Assembly (NCBI GenBank): GCA_964230645.1
Contig: CAXRHT010000002.1
Coordinates: 896,001-960,000 of the forward strand
Source of the DNA: Bdellovibrionales bacterium
GTDB lineage: Bacteria; Bdellovibrionota; Bdellovibrionia; Bdellovibrionales; JAGQZY01
Reading direction: 5' to 3'
DNA length: 64,000 nt
Under the pieces are notes generated by a model. It saw only the letters and a program-made list of their open reading frames with translations, did not search any database and was not told where the DNA came from. A program made the translations under genes and the position numbers. Positions 27,005-36,325 of the stretch are shown here, piece after piece (within the stretch, counting starts at the first letter, position 1; every line of letters begins with the position of its first letter).

Positions 27005-27955
27005 TTATTGGAAGCAACCCGCTCCCATAAAAGCTTTTTGGCCGTCGTGAATAACTGAATACCAACCGCGATTGTACTTCTTCACTTTAAGTTCAGAACC
27101 ACGAGCGGATTTACCCAATACTTTGGATGACAAGCTTGGATAGTTTCGAATGTTACAACCAGAGGTCATGACCTTGGCAATTTTTCCATTGGTATGAGCA
27201 ACGGTTGATCCGAGACTACGAGTCAAACGCTTTCTTCTTTGCTTGTCGTAGAAGGACTTATCAGTTTCCACTTCAATTTCAAGCTCATCAAGCTTTTTAG
27301 AAATCTTTCTTAATGTATCTCTATGAGAGTTAACAGCACTTATGAAAAGTGAAGTATCTTTATCCGCTGTTTTATAAGAAATTTGAGCTTTGTCTTGAAG
27401 ATCTTTAAGACGGAGTTCCGCTCTTTTAAGAGCCTTGACTGCCATCAACTCTTCTTTTTTAGCCTCTGACAAACGGTTGTTCATTTGTTCTGTCTCTTTT
27501 TCAACTTCAGCTAACATTTGCTCAACTTCTTTTTTCTCTTCTTCTGCTTTTTGCCTTTCAAGCTTTGAATCTTCGAGCTTAATATTTAGATCATTAAGCT
27601 GGTCTTTTGCCATTAATGCCGCTTGCTTGGCTTGCTCGGTTTCCATACGTGCTTTTTCAGTTTCTTCAATAGCACGAGTTCTGTCTCTTTCAGCACGAGC
27701 AATGGCTCTTTTAGCTCTGGCCTCTTCTTTTTTAGCTCTCTCAAGCTCTCTTTTGGCCTTAGCAATTGTAATACTACTACGACGAGACTCTTCTGCGGCC
27801 ACTTTTTCCGCCTCTTTGGCCTCTTGCATGGCGGCCTCTGAGTCAGCAATGGCTGTCTCTGCCTCAATCATAAGTTCATCTTCGATGGTTTGAGCGCCGG
27901 CCGGACCTGCGATTCCTAACACCAATAGAAATATCCAAATACTATTAACTTTCAT
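27005..27955 (-). CDS. Secreted long coiled-coil protein with C-terminal SH3b domain
   Basis: Signal peptide; about 200-aa A/E/K heptad region; CNIRNYPSLSSKVLG...GWYSVIHDGQKAFM. Confidence 0.8.
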   Translation of the reverse strand: MKVNSIWIFLLVLGIAGPAGAQTIEDELMIEAETAIADSEAAMQEAKEAEKVAAEESRRSSITIAKAKRELERAKKEEARAKRAIARAERDRTRAIEETEKARMETEQAKQAALMAKDQLNDLNIKLEDSKLERQKAEEEKKEVEQMLAEVEKETEQMNNRLSEAKKEELMAVKALKRAELRLKDLQDKAQISYKTADKDTSLFISAVNSHRDTLRKISKKLDELEIEVETDKSFYDKQRRKRLTRSLGSTVAHTNGKIAKVMTSGCNIRNYPSLSSKVLGKSARGSELKVKKYNRGWYSVIHDGQKAFMGAGCFQ

Positions 27956-28179
27956 ACTTAACCCCTTTGTTAATCACTGTCATATTCGGAGCCTTATTTC
28001 AGAGGGTTAAGACGAACGCCCTAATAGGGCGTAAAAACCCGCTTTTTTTCTCAACGAGAGACACTTTTTGCCAAATTGACAAATAAATGCACGAAAGTCC
28101 GGGAATTCCATGCCGAAACGTCTTCTCATAAACTGTTGAAATTACGAGAAAATTTTCAATAAGCACAAACCGGCCGTTC

Positions 28180-28195
28180 TGGACCTGAGATTGCT
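28180..28195 (+). promoter_or_regulatory. Putative sigma54 -24/-12 promoter
   Basis: TGGACC-TGAGA-TTGCT with correct GG-N10-GC spacing; IHF-like site about 45 nt upstream. Confidence 0.6.
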
Positions 28196-28228
28196 CTTAA
28201 TAACTGACATACAAAAATAAGGATCAAA

Positions 28229-28324
28229 ATGAAGACAATGACTCTACAGAAAATAAAAAAAATAGAAATTCAAATTCTCCTAGGGACTTTTGCCATAATC
28301 CTAATAACCACGATTCTGCTCTGA
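28229..28324 (+). CDS. 31-aa single-TM micropeptide, not in the ORF track
   Basis: RBS TAAGGA; MKTMTLQKIKKIEIQILLGTFAIILITTILL*. Confidence 0.5.
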   Translation: MKTMTLQKIKKIEIQILLGTFAIILITTILL

Positions 28325-28403
28325 TTCCTTAAGAGAGTTTCTGGATTAAATCGAAACAATACTTAGACTTGCCATCTAAACACCCAGATATTATTCCTTA
28401 TAT

Positions 28404-29993
28404 ATGGATAAATTAGCTCGTCGTGATTTCTTAAAGTTCGTCTCCTCCCATTCCGTCGCCCTAGGCTTAAGCCCCTTCGTGCTGGCCCATTGTGCCTCCA
28501 CGGCTGAAAATAATTGGAGCCCACTTCCTCCAACGACCACGGATGCTCTCGTATTGGCGGAAGGACTTTCCTACAAAATAATCTCCAAATATGGAGACTC
28601 AATAAATAAAGACCAAAATTTCGGCTACAACAATGACTTCATTTGTTTTCATTCTCTCAATGCCTCTGGCACAGAGGGAATCTTATGGGTCAATCACGAG
28701 TATCCTCTTCCACAACTTATTCACGGGCTTGAGTCGTCCCAATTAACAAGAAGCCAATCCGAATTAGCCAAAGAGATGAAAACAGTGGGAGGCTCCCTTC
28801 TGCACATCTATAAAACAACTTCGGGAAAGTGGGAGAGAAAAAAGGACTCACAGTACAACCGCCGTCTTGATGGACACACTCCTATTGCCTTTAGTCAGAA
28901 TGTTAAAATCCAGGGAAAGAGTAAAGCCATGGGAACTTTGGCAAACTGTGCCGGTGGGTACACGCCTTGGAAAACTGTCCTAACAAGTGAAGAAAATTAC
29001 GACGATTACTACGGCGAAGCTTTTTGGCACAAAGGCAAGCGTAGTGTGAAGTACAACAATAAGTTTGATTGGTACAAAAAGTTTCCCAACCCACCGGAAC
29101 ATTATGGTTGGATCGTTGAGGTTGACCCCCTCACAGGTAAAGCCGAAAAGCAGGTCAATTTAGGAAGAGCCCCTCACGAAGGTGCTACCGTTGTAAAAAC
29201 AAAAAATGGTAAAAGAGTGGCTGTTTATATGGGCGAAGACCGCGAAGGTGGATTCATCTTTAAGTTTGTCTCCGATGGATTGCATCTTAATTCAGGAACA
29301 CTTTACGCCGCCGACACCATCAATGGAAAATGGCTCCCCCTGGATATCCGCAAGAACAATAAATTGAAAAACAATTTTGACTCACAATTGCGGGTGTTGA
29401 CCTATGCCCACCAGGCAGCCGAACTTGCTGGTGCAACACCTCAAGACCGCCCAGAAGATATTGAAGTTCATCCCCAAAATGGTGATGTGTTTATAGCCCT
29501 TACTAAAAATTCCCAAAAAGATAATCCCTACGGAAGTCTTTTTAAAATCAGTGAGAAAGACGATCATGATTCCACTGAGTTCTCAAGTGAGCACTGGATC
29601 AGTGCTGGCCCGAAAGTTGGAGTGGCTTGCCCCGATAATCTTTGTTTTGATAGAAATGGCAATCTTTGGTTTACCAATGACATTTCGGAAAAATCGATTG
29701 AGAAAGGACCTTATAAAGGTATGGGAAATAATGGTCTTTTTGTGGTGGCAACCCGTGGTCCGGAAGCGGGACTTATTAAACAAGTGGCCTCAGCTCCTAT
29801 CGATGCCGAACTCACAGGTCCTTGTTTTTCACCGGATCAAAGAACACTTTTCCTATCGGTTCAACATCCGGGAGCCCAAACAAAAAATGACTTATCAAAC
29901 CCCACAAGCCACTGGCCAGAAGGTGGCAATAACCTTCCAAAGCCTGCCGTTGTCGCTATTCAAGGTAAAACTTTAATAAGCCTGACTTCCTAG
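28404..29993 (+). CDS. phoX: PhoX family alkaline phosphatase (Tat-exported)
   Basis: Tat motif ARRDFLK; FGYNNDF, LWVNHEY, NCAGGYTPW, DRPED, PDNL, AELTGP, SVQHPG. Confidence 0.93.
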   Translation: MDKLARRDFLKFVSSHSVALGLSPFVLAHCASTAENNWSPLPPTTTDALVLAEGLSYKIISKYGDSINKDQNFGYNNDFICFHSLNASGTEGILWVNHEYPLPQLIHGLESSQLTRSQSELAKEMKTVGGSLLHIYKTTSGKWERKKDSQYNRRLDGHTPIAFSQNVKIQGKSKAMGTLANCAGGYTPWKTVLTSEENYDDYYGEAFWHKGKRSVKYNNKFDWYKKFPNPPEHYGWIVEVDPLTGKAEKQVNLGRAPHEGATVVKTKNGKRVAVYMGEDREGGFIFKFVSDGLHLNSGTLYAADTINGKWLPLDIRKNNKLKNNFDSQLRVLTYAHQAAELAGATPQDRPEDIEVHPQNGDVFIALTKNSQKDNPYGSLFKISEKDDHDSTEFSSEHWISAGPKVGVACPDNLCFDRNGNLWFTNDISEKSIEKGPYKGMGNNGLFVVATRGPEAGLIKQVASAPIDAELTGPCFSPDQRTLFLSVQHPGAQTKNDLSNPTSHWPEGGNNLPKPAVVAIQGKTLISLTS

Positions 29994-30045
29994 CACTTCG
30001 AGTGCAACTTTGTCGTCTAGTTGTCATTTTGAATGGCTAACAGAG

Positions 30046-30206
30046 TTGTCATGTTGAGCGATAGTGAAAAGTCTTTTAATTGTGATATTGAGCGATAGTG
30101 AAAGATCTTTTAATTGTCATCTTGAGCGGTAGCGAAAGATCTTTCGCTGACGCTCAAGATGACAATGTGAAACTCAAGATGACAATTGTGAAACTCAAGA
30201 TGACAA
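30046..30206. repeat. REP-like cluster: three tandem left arms, a hairpin, and tandem right-arm fragments
   Basis: TTGTCAT(G/C)TTGAGCG(A/G)TAG(T/C)GAAA-like unit x3 at a 34-bp period; full palindrome GTCATCTTGAGCG...CGCTCAAGATGAC; CTCAAGATGACAA x3. Confidence 0.85.
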
Positions 30207-30219
30207 TTAGATGAAGCCT

Positions 30220-30768
30220 CTACTGGAGAGGGCAGACAAGCTGTAGATCAAGAACCAATTGCTGAAGGTCTTCAGACTCTTGCAAGCTCTCTGGGTCATG
30301 AGTGGTGAAGTCCACATCCACTGCCCAATTGAAAAACTTTAGAAACACCACCGATTTCAAATCATTGTTTCTTTCAGCCGCTCTATGGGTTCGATAAGTT
30401 CTCGTTCCTTCTAGCTCTCCCCAGTTTGTGGGTTGAGAAATAAAAGGATAAAAACTAAAGGGATACTCATCGGTGTGAAATGTTTGAATGGGATAGATCT
30501 CTTTAAGATCATCCATCTCTCTAAAGTCTGACTCCCCTTTACAGCGCACCAAGATTTTTTCAATGACCTTCATGTGAGGAGGATGAGCTGGAACATAGGT
30601 TTCAAAGCGCCATTCACCAATAGGAGTTGATTTTGTTATCGTCTCAGTGGATAAATTAGAGGCCTCTCCAGAAACTCCTCTTTCCCCATTTGTCTGTTTG
30701 TGCACACAGTAGGAAGTAAAAAGAACAGTCAGCAAAGCTGATAAAATTAAAATTCCTCTAGAAATCAT
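30220..30768 (-). CDS. Hypothetical lipoprotein-like protein
   Basis: RBS GGAGAGG; signal ending LFTSYC; directly downstream of the 30781 gene. Confidence 0.65.
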   Translation of the reverse strand: MISRGILILSALLTVLFTSYCVHKQTNGERGVSGEASNLSTETITKSTPIGEWRFETYVPAHPPHMKVIEKILVRCKGESDFREMDDLKEIYPIQTFHTDEYPFSFYPFISQPTNWGELEGTRTYRTHRAAERNNDLKSVVFLKFFNWAVDVDFTTHDPESLQESEDLQQLVLDLQLVCPLQ

Positions 30769-30780
30769 AAATTCCTCTCC

Positions 30781-31611
30781 TTAATAACTTCTTCCGCCAC
30801 GGCAGTACATGCTGATGTGGACATGGTCCCAGTGACAAACAGTTCGTTTGGGATGAGTTCTTGCGTTGGCAGGAGTAATCCCTGCACACTCTGAATCATC
30901 AGAGGCTGTCTCTTGATACATATTTCTCCACGTTCTATTAGGAACGTCTCCGGCTCCAATTCTTTGCTGTCCGATACAACGAACAAACCGAGCAAAAATG
31001 GGAGTGAAGGTGTCATGTCTTTGGCCACCACAAATAATATGACTGACATCAATCGCTCGTCCTGAATTATGACAAGAGCCCGAGTTGTTGCGACAACTTG
31101 AACCGCGACAAATATACATACTGGCCCCTGTGCAACCGAGTTGCGCTCCACAAGTACGAAACGCGCGACTAAAAGGCTCAAAAGCGGGAGCATTACGGTC
31201 TCGATCTCGCATGGGACCCGTGCCTGCATAGGCTCTAAAATCGGGCTCGCCATCAAAGCGAATTTCTGGATCGGCTGGCTCAACTTGAAACGGATTAGTC
31301 TGAGCATCCGGCCTTTCTGGTCTTGCTACAGGTCTTGGCACTCTCGAAGGCGCTAAGGGTGAGCCACCCGTAACTTCCGAGCTTCCCTCGGGCGCTTCTT
31401 CCTCAACCACAATCGGCGTATTATTTACGGGCGGTCTTTCTTGTCGTGTCTGAGTTCTTGTGGGCTCGGGGTCTCTTTGCTCTACTGGAGGATTTTTACG
31501 TCTTCTTTGAAAGCCACTATTGTAGTAGTCATCCACTTGAGAAGCCTCGCGCGCGAGCAAAACGGTCGGCACAAATAGAAGTGCCAAAAATATCATCCTT
31601 GATAATTGCAA
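30781..31611 (-). CDS. Secreted Cys-rich protein with LAS/M15-type Zn-metallopeptidase motifs
   Basis: Signal peptide, long P/E/R-rich linker, then H-x6-D (HNSGRAID) and H-x-H (HWDHVH). Confidence 0.7.
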   Translation of the reverse strand: MQLSRMIFLALLFVPTVLLAREASQVDDYYNSGFQRRRKNPPVEQRDPEPTRTQTRQERPPVNNTPIVVEEEAPEGSSEVTGGSPLAPSRVPRPVARPERPDAQTNPFQVEPADPEIRFDGEPDFRAYAGTGPMRDRDRNAPAFEPFSRAFRTCGAQLGCTGASMYICRGSSCRNNSGSCHNSGRAIDVSHIICGGQRHDTFTPIFARFVRCIGQQRIGAGDVPNRTWRNMYQETASDDSECAGITPANARTHPKRTVCHWDHVHISMYCRGGRSY

Positions 31612-31862
31612 CTGATTCCCCTCCTATGGGCATCGACTCCTTCAATTATAGACGCTAACAGAATAGGCTGTCCAGTCGAGCGGAGGAACCAGTCTGAGCC
31701 TAGACTTTTGTCTTCTTTCAACTCAGAAGTTTGATCAAACCAGTCAGTCAGCCTCCACCTTGTGTGAATCAATAGTCTCATCATACTAAGAAAAAGGGCG
31801 GCTCTTCCCCGCCGATGCCCCTCCTCACGGGGAATCGAGCCCAGCCCTGAAAGGAGTTTTTA

Positions 31863-32981
31863 ATGCTAAAAAATTTATTAATCCCGATCCTTGGATTTGG
31901 TCTTTTGATCCCTACTCAAGCCTTGGCATTAGACCAATATGAAACGCAAATTGAGAAATCCTACTTAATCTCTGATGAAAAAAACACGATTGATGTTTTC
32001 AAAGAGTCCTCTCCCCTTGTGGTCTCCGTAGATAGCATCGCACAAACAGCGGACTTATTTTCTTTCACAACAGAAGAAGTCCCTGCAGGCTCTGGTACAG
32101 GTTTCATTTGGGACAGCAAAGGTCATGTGATTACAAATTTCCACGTGATCCAAGCTGCTCGCTATTCGAACACACAAATCTTTGTCACCACAAAAGAAGG
32201 CGAAAGATTGAAAGCCGATATAGTTGGGATAGAACCTAAAAAAGACATCGCTGTTTTAAAAGTGAAAAATTTGAAAGTAAAAGGAAAAGGTTTCTCAGAA
32301 AAAATCGCCAACTCCACAAAACTTCAAGTTGGGCAAAAGGTTTTAGCCATTGGAAGCCCTTTCGGTTTTGAACAAACTCTAACAAAAGGAATTATCTCTG
32401 CACTAAACCGCTCTATGCCAACAGTCAGCCGCTCAATTACTATAAGAAACATGATTCAAACCGATGCCTCCATCAACCCAGGAAACTCAGGAGGCCCCCT
32501 CCTTGATAGCCGCGGTTATCTCACAGGAATGAACACAGCCATAATCTCAGGCTCAGGCTCCTCCGCCGGAATTGGTTTTGCGGTACCCTCAAACACGATT
32601 GCAAGAATGGCTGATCAAATTATTAAATACGGCCATGTCAGACAACCAGGCCTCGGTGTCTACGGTCTTGATGCAAGAGAAAAAATGCTCCTTTCAAGAG
32701 CCGGCTTTAATTTCACCACAGGTTTCATCATCAAAGACGTAGAAAAAGGAAGTCCCGCCGATCTTGCCGGCCTCCAAGGCCTAAGACGCCACCCCAGTTA
32801 CGGCATAAAACTTGGCGACATCATCACCCATATCGACAACACCCAAGTCGAAAACTACGACGACCTCTACAACACCCTAAGCGCAAAAGACGCCGGTGAC
32901 GTAGTAAAAGTAAAAGTTCTGAGAAATGGTAAAACCATAGAGAAAAGCGTCACTTTAAAAGTCCTAAACCTAACCAGCTAA
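31863..32981 (+). CDS. HtrA/Deg1-like serine protease with one PDZ domain
   Basis: GSGTGFIWD..GHVITNFHV, DIAVLK, IQTDASINPGNSGGPL; single PDZ. Confidence 0.92.
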   Translation: MLKNLLIPILGFGLLIPTQALALDQYETQIEKSYLISDEKNTIDVFKESSPLVVSVDSIAQTADLFSFTTEEVPAGSGTGFIWDSKGHVITNFHVIQAARYSNTQIFVTTKEGERLKADIVGIEPKKDIAVLKVKNLKVKGKGFSEKIANSTKLQVGQKVLAIGSPFGFEQTLTKGIISALNRSMPTVSRSITIRNMIQTDASINPGNSGGPLLDSRGYLTGMNTAIISGSGSSAGIGFAVPSNTIARMADQIIKYGHVRQPGLGVYGLDAREKMLLSRAGFNFTTGFIIKDVEKGSPADLAGLQGLRRHPSYGIKLGDIITHIDNTQVENYDDLYNTLSAKDAGDVVKVKVLRNGKTIEKSVTLKVLNLTS

Positions 32982-32990
32982 CGCCCGTCC

Positions 32991-33192
32991 CCGATTAGGG
33001 TCATTAGATTTTTCCTCTAAATTTGAAAAACCGTGAGCCTCTTGAAAGAGGCTCGAGCAACGAGCGCTGCGAATCTTGGGTTGCAGCACGCAGTGATGCA
33101 ATCCGGGAGACGAAGTGCACCCGAGTGCGTGCCTCCCTCAAGAGGCTCACGGTTTTTCAAATTTAGAGGAAAGATCTAATGACCCTAATCGG
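32991..33192. mobile_element. MITE-like palindromic element with 55-bp terminal inverted repeats
   Basis: 32991-33045 is the reverse complement of 33138-33192 with one mismatch; structured interior; no ORF. Confidence 0.75.
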
Positions 33193-33211
33193 CCCCAAGC
33201 CAGTAGCTGGC

Positions 33212-34627
33212 TTAGGCGTCATCATCCATATCGTCTTCTTCAGAAATCGACCCAAGGTTGTATTTTTCTACACGGTAGCGCATAGAACGAAAAGAAATAT
33301 CCAAAAGGCCCGCGGCCCGCTTTTTCACACCATTGGCGGCATGAATGGCCTTAATAATAAGTTCTTTTTCAATCTGTCCAAGGACCTTTTCAAGATCAAT
33401 TCCCTCTTCGGTGATTTCAATCCCTTCACTTGAGACCAACTGCCTTGAACCACTAGTGGTCTTTACAAAAGGAGGTAAACTCTCAGGAAGAATGGAAGCG
33501 CCGGCTTCAAGAGCCACAGTTCGCTCAATAATATTTTCTAATTCTCGAACGTTTCCTGGGTAATCGTATTTTTTTAGCACACTCATGGCATCACTGCTGA
33601 TCTGATTGATCGATTTATCAAGACGTTGATTGTACTTTTTCAGAAAGTGTTTTGCTAAAAGAGGTATGTCATCTTTTCTTTCTCTTAGAGCTGGAGTTTT
33701 AATTTGGATCACGTTTAAACGATAAAAAAGGTCCTGACGGAAACCACCGTCTTCTACCATTTGCTCTAGGTCACGGTTAGTCGCTGCGATTAATCGAACG
33801 TTAATGTGAGCATCTTCTGTTCCACCCACACGGCGAATCACGCGTTCTTGAATGGCACGAAGGAGTTTAACCTGAATGGTAATGGGAAGCTCTCCCACTT
33901 CATCAAGAAAGAGAGTTCCACCATCGGCCACTTCAAAAAGACCCGCTTTGTCCGCAACAGCGCCGGTGAATGATCCTTTTTTGTGTCCAAACATTTCTGA
34001 TTCCATAAGGGATTCAGGAATGGCACCACAGTTCACAGTGATAAATGGTTTATCCTTAAGAGGACCGTTATAGTGAATGGCCTTAGCGACCATCTCTTTA
34101 CCCGTTCCACTCTCACCGGTGACTAGAATATTTGTGGGTGTGGCTGAAACTCTTTTCACCATTTCATAAATATGGTGCATAGCCGGCGAATTCCCCACGA
34201 GGCTTTGAAAACTGTATTCTTTATTCAGCTCTTTTTTAAGGGTACGGTTTTCAAGTTCCAAGTGTTGAGAACGAAGAGCATTGGCAATGTTAATTCGCAC
34301 TTCATCGAGCTTGAAGGGTTTGGTGACATAATCGTAAGCCCCCATCTTCATGGCATCAACGGCTGTCTCAGTGGTACCGAAGGCTGTGATCATCATAAAC
34401 AAAAGATCAGAATAATTATCCTTCACATGCTTAAGAAGTTCGATCCCTGTCACATTAGGCATCTGTAAATCGGAAATTACCAAATCAAAGCTCTTCTTTT
34501 GAAGAATATCTATGGCTTTCTGTCCGTCTTCCACACAGGTAACCTGATAACCCTCTTTTTTGAGCATGATTTCGAGGAATTCACGAATGGACTCTTCATC
34601 ATCAACGACTAGAATTCTAGGTTTCAT
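33212..34627 (-). CDS. pilR: sigma54-dependent response regulator PilR
   Basis: REC; GESGTGKE; GSFTGA; DLFYRLNV; Fis-type HTH; downstream of pilS/pilC. Confidence 0.88.
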   Translation of the reverse strand: MKPRILVVDDEESIREFLEIMLKKEGYQVTCVEDGQKAIDILQKKSFDLVISDLQMPNVTGIELLKHVKDNYSDLLFMMITAFGTTETAVDAMKMGAYDYVTKPFKLDEVRINIANALRSQHLELENRTLKKELNKEYSFQSLVGNSPAMHHIYEMVKRVSATPTNILVTGESGTGKEMVAKAIHYNGPLKDKPFITVNCGAIPESLMESEMFGHKKGSFTGAVADKAGLFEVADGGTLFLDEVGELPITIQVKLLRAIQERVIRRVGGTEDAHINVRLIAATNRDLEQMVEDGGFRQDLFYRLNVIQIKTPALRERKDDIPLLAKHFLKKYNQRLDKSINQISSDAMSVLKKYDYPGNVRELENIIERTVALEAGASILPESLPPFVKTTSGSRQLVSSEGIEITEEGIDLEKVLGQIEKELIIKAIHAANGVKKRAAGLLDISFRSMRYRVEKYNLGSISEEDDMDDDA

Positions 34628-34723
34628 CCAATGCCTCCTATCGATATATTGTCGACTTAATCAAGCAATTGAGCAAGTCATACAAAAGGCTAGATTATGA
34701 GCGCTGCGTCTAGCACATGACTC

Positions 34724-36325
34724 TTAAACTACGGGAAATTCCATGCGGAATTCCGTACCAACGCCTTCTTCACTCTCAACACTTAGATTGGCTTGATGAG
34801 CTTCTAAAATAGTGTGAGTGATCGCAAGCCCCAGCCCGGTTCCTTTGTGCTTAGTTGTATGAAATGGTTCAAAGATTCTTTGTTTTAATTTCTCGCTCAT
34901 CCCTATTCCATTGTCTTTGATACTGACAACGACAACAGAACCTGATTTTTTGACAACAACATCAACCTCAGGTTGTTCTTCGTTTTCTGAAGCCTGAAAG
35001 GCATTCACGATTATATTTAAAAAAGCTTGTTTTAATTTATTACGATTGGCTAGGACGATATGACCATTTTCTATTTCTACCGAGCCACCCACCGACTTTC
35101 TTTGCGAGTCGTTCTTTACAAAATCAAGTATTTCAGAAACTAGATCTCCCATATCGACATGGTCTTCGAGCGGAGCTTCCGGTTTTGCAAAATCCAGAAA
35201 TTCGGTAATAAGATTATTGAGGCGATCAATTTCTTTTCCAACAATAGCCATGAGACGAGAGGTCTGCTCTTCATCACTGCCTCCATCCTGCATCAACTGA
35301 ATGCTCCCACTGATACCTGCAAGCGGGTTTCTGATTTCGTGGGCGATCCCCGCTGCCAGCTGTCCGATGGCCGCCATCTTTTCACTTTGGCGCACTCGCT
35401 TTTCGAGAGTTCGCAAATGGGTTTCGTCCTGAAAGCTGACAATCTTCCCTTTCACCTCACCTTGAGCATCTCTTAAAGCATTGACGTTTGTGCGAAGAAC
35501 ACGTTTTTCACCTTGTTTTTTGTACTGAATATCAAAGCTTTTATCTAATTCGACTCGCTTAATATCAAGACTTGGTAAGAACTCCTCTATAGGAGCTCCA
35601 ACAAGCTGCTGAGTCGAAACCCCTAAAATACTATGGGAGGAAGGGTTGGCCTGCAGTATTTTATTGTCACCATCGATGGTGAGAAGACCGGATTGAATGC
35701 TGTTTAATATGAGTTCATTGAGATTTTTTAAGACGCGAACATCTTTTGTTTTTTCTTTGAGTCGCTCTCCCATGAAGTTAAGCTGTTCGCTTAAGAAGCC
35801 AGAAAGATAAGCCACCGTAAAGAAGGCAAAATTGTTCACGCCCACGGCCAAATAGGCTGTATTTCCAGTCAGGCTAGTATCAAGGGAAACGATGAAAGAA
35901 AAAAGCACAGAAGTCCAAAGAGCCAGAGAAAGGGCTCCTTTTCGCTGATAAAGAACTCCACACAGAATTAAATTGACCAAGTAAAGAAAAATTAAAATAG
36001 ACTGCTGAATACCAATAAAATAAATGAGACCAGTTATATAAAAAGCTTCAAAAAAGAAGAGGAAGTAGTTCACCCATTTGTTTTTATAGAGATATTTAAA
36101 AAAACTAAAAAATGCGATCTGCAGAAAACAAGAAAGAGCGATTAACCAGTAAAGCGGATAAAAGACCTGAACCGCTTCAATTCTTGATTCAATAAACTGA
36201 AAGGACAAAGTGAATAGAAAAACGACACATAAAAAGGCGAAACGAATCGAATGAACCGTTAAAGCCTGACTTTCAGTCTTTGAAAAATCAAATCGATGCT
36301 TCAAGGATTTAATATTATACTCCAC
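34724..36325 (-). CDS. pilS: Sensor histidine kinase PilS
   Basis: Multi-TM N-terminus, PAS-like region, IAHEIRNPL, DNGIG, GTGLGL. Confidence 0.85.
   Translation of the reverse strand: MEYNIKSLKHRFDFSKTESQALTVHSIRFAFLCVVFLFTLSFQFIESRIEAVQVFYPLYWLIALSCFLQIAFFSFFKYLYKNKWVNYFLFFFEAFYITGLIYFIGIQQSILIFLYLVNLILCGVLYQRKGALSLALWTSVLFSFIVSLDTSLTGNTAYLAVGVNNFAFFTVAYLSGFLSEQLNFMGERLKEKTKDVRVLKNLNELILNSIQSGLLTIDGDNKILQANPSSHSILGVSTQQLVGAPIEEFLPSLDIKRVELDKSFDIQYKKQGEKRVLRTNVNALRDAQGEVKGKIVSFQDETHLRTLEKRVRQSEKMAAIGQLAAGIAHEIRNPLAGISGSIQLMQDGGSDEEQTSRLMAIVGKEIDRLNNLITEFLDFAKPEAPLEDHVDMGDLVSEILDFVKNDSQRKSVGGSVEIENGHIVLANRNKLKQAFLNIIVNAFQASENEEQPEVDVVVKKSGSVVVVSIKDNGIGMSEKLKQRIFEPFHTTKHKGTGLGLAITHTILEAHQANLSVESEEGVGTEFRMEFPVV

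Noticed and set aside
30046..30206. CRISPR array
   Set aside because: The repeats abut with no spacers and belong to the REP palindrome family.
30765..31307. 180-aa alternative-frame ORF
   Set aside because: It overlaps the 276-aa ORF on the same strand, which has an RBS, a signal peptide and catalytic motifs.
31676..31710. c-di-AMP (ydaO) riboswitch suggested by CGGAGGAACC
   Set aside because: The other conserved segments (GCTGAATCC, GGGGTNAAT) are missing.
31630..31818. Divergent sigma28 promoters (GTCGATGC minus, GCCGATGC plus)
   Set aside because: The -10-like boxes are present, but neither has a convincing -35 at 15-nt spacing.
4190..33000. Integrase-mobilised island or prophage at tRNA-Gln
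   Set aside because: No integrase, transposase or phage gene was recognised, and I found no duplicated tRNA 3' end (att site) by eye.
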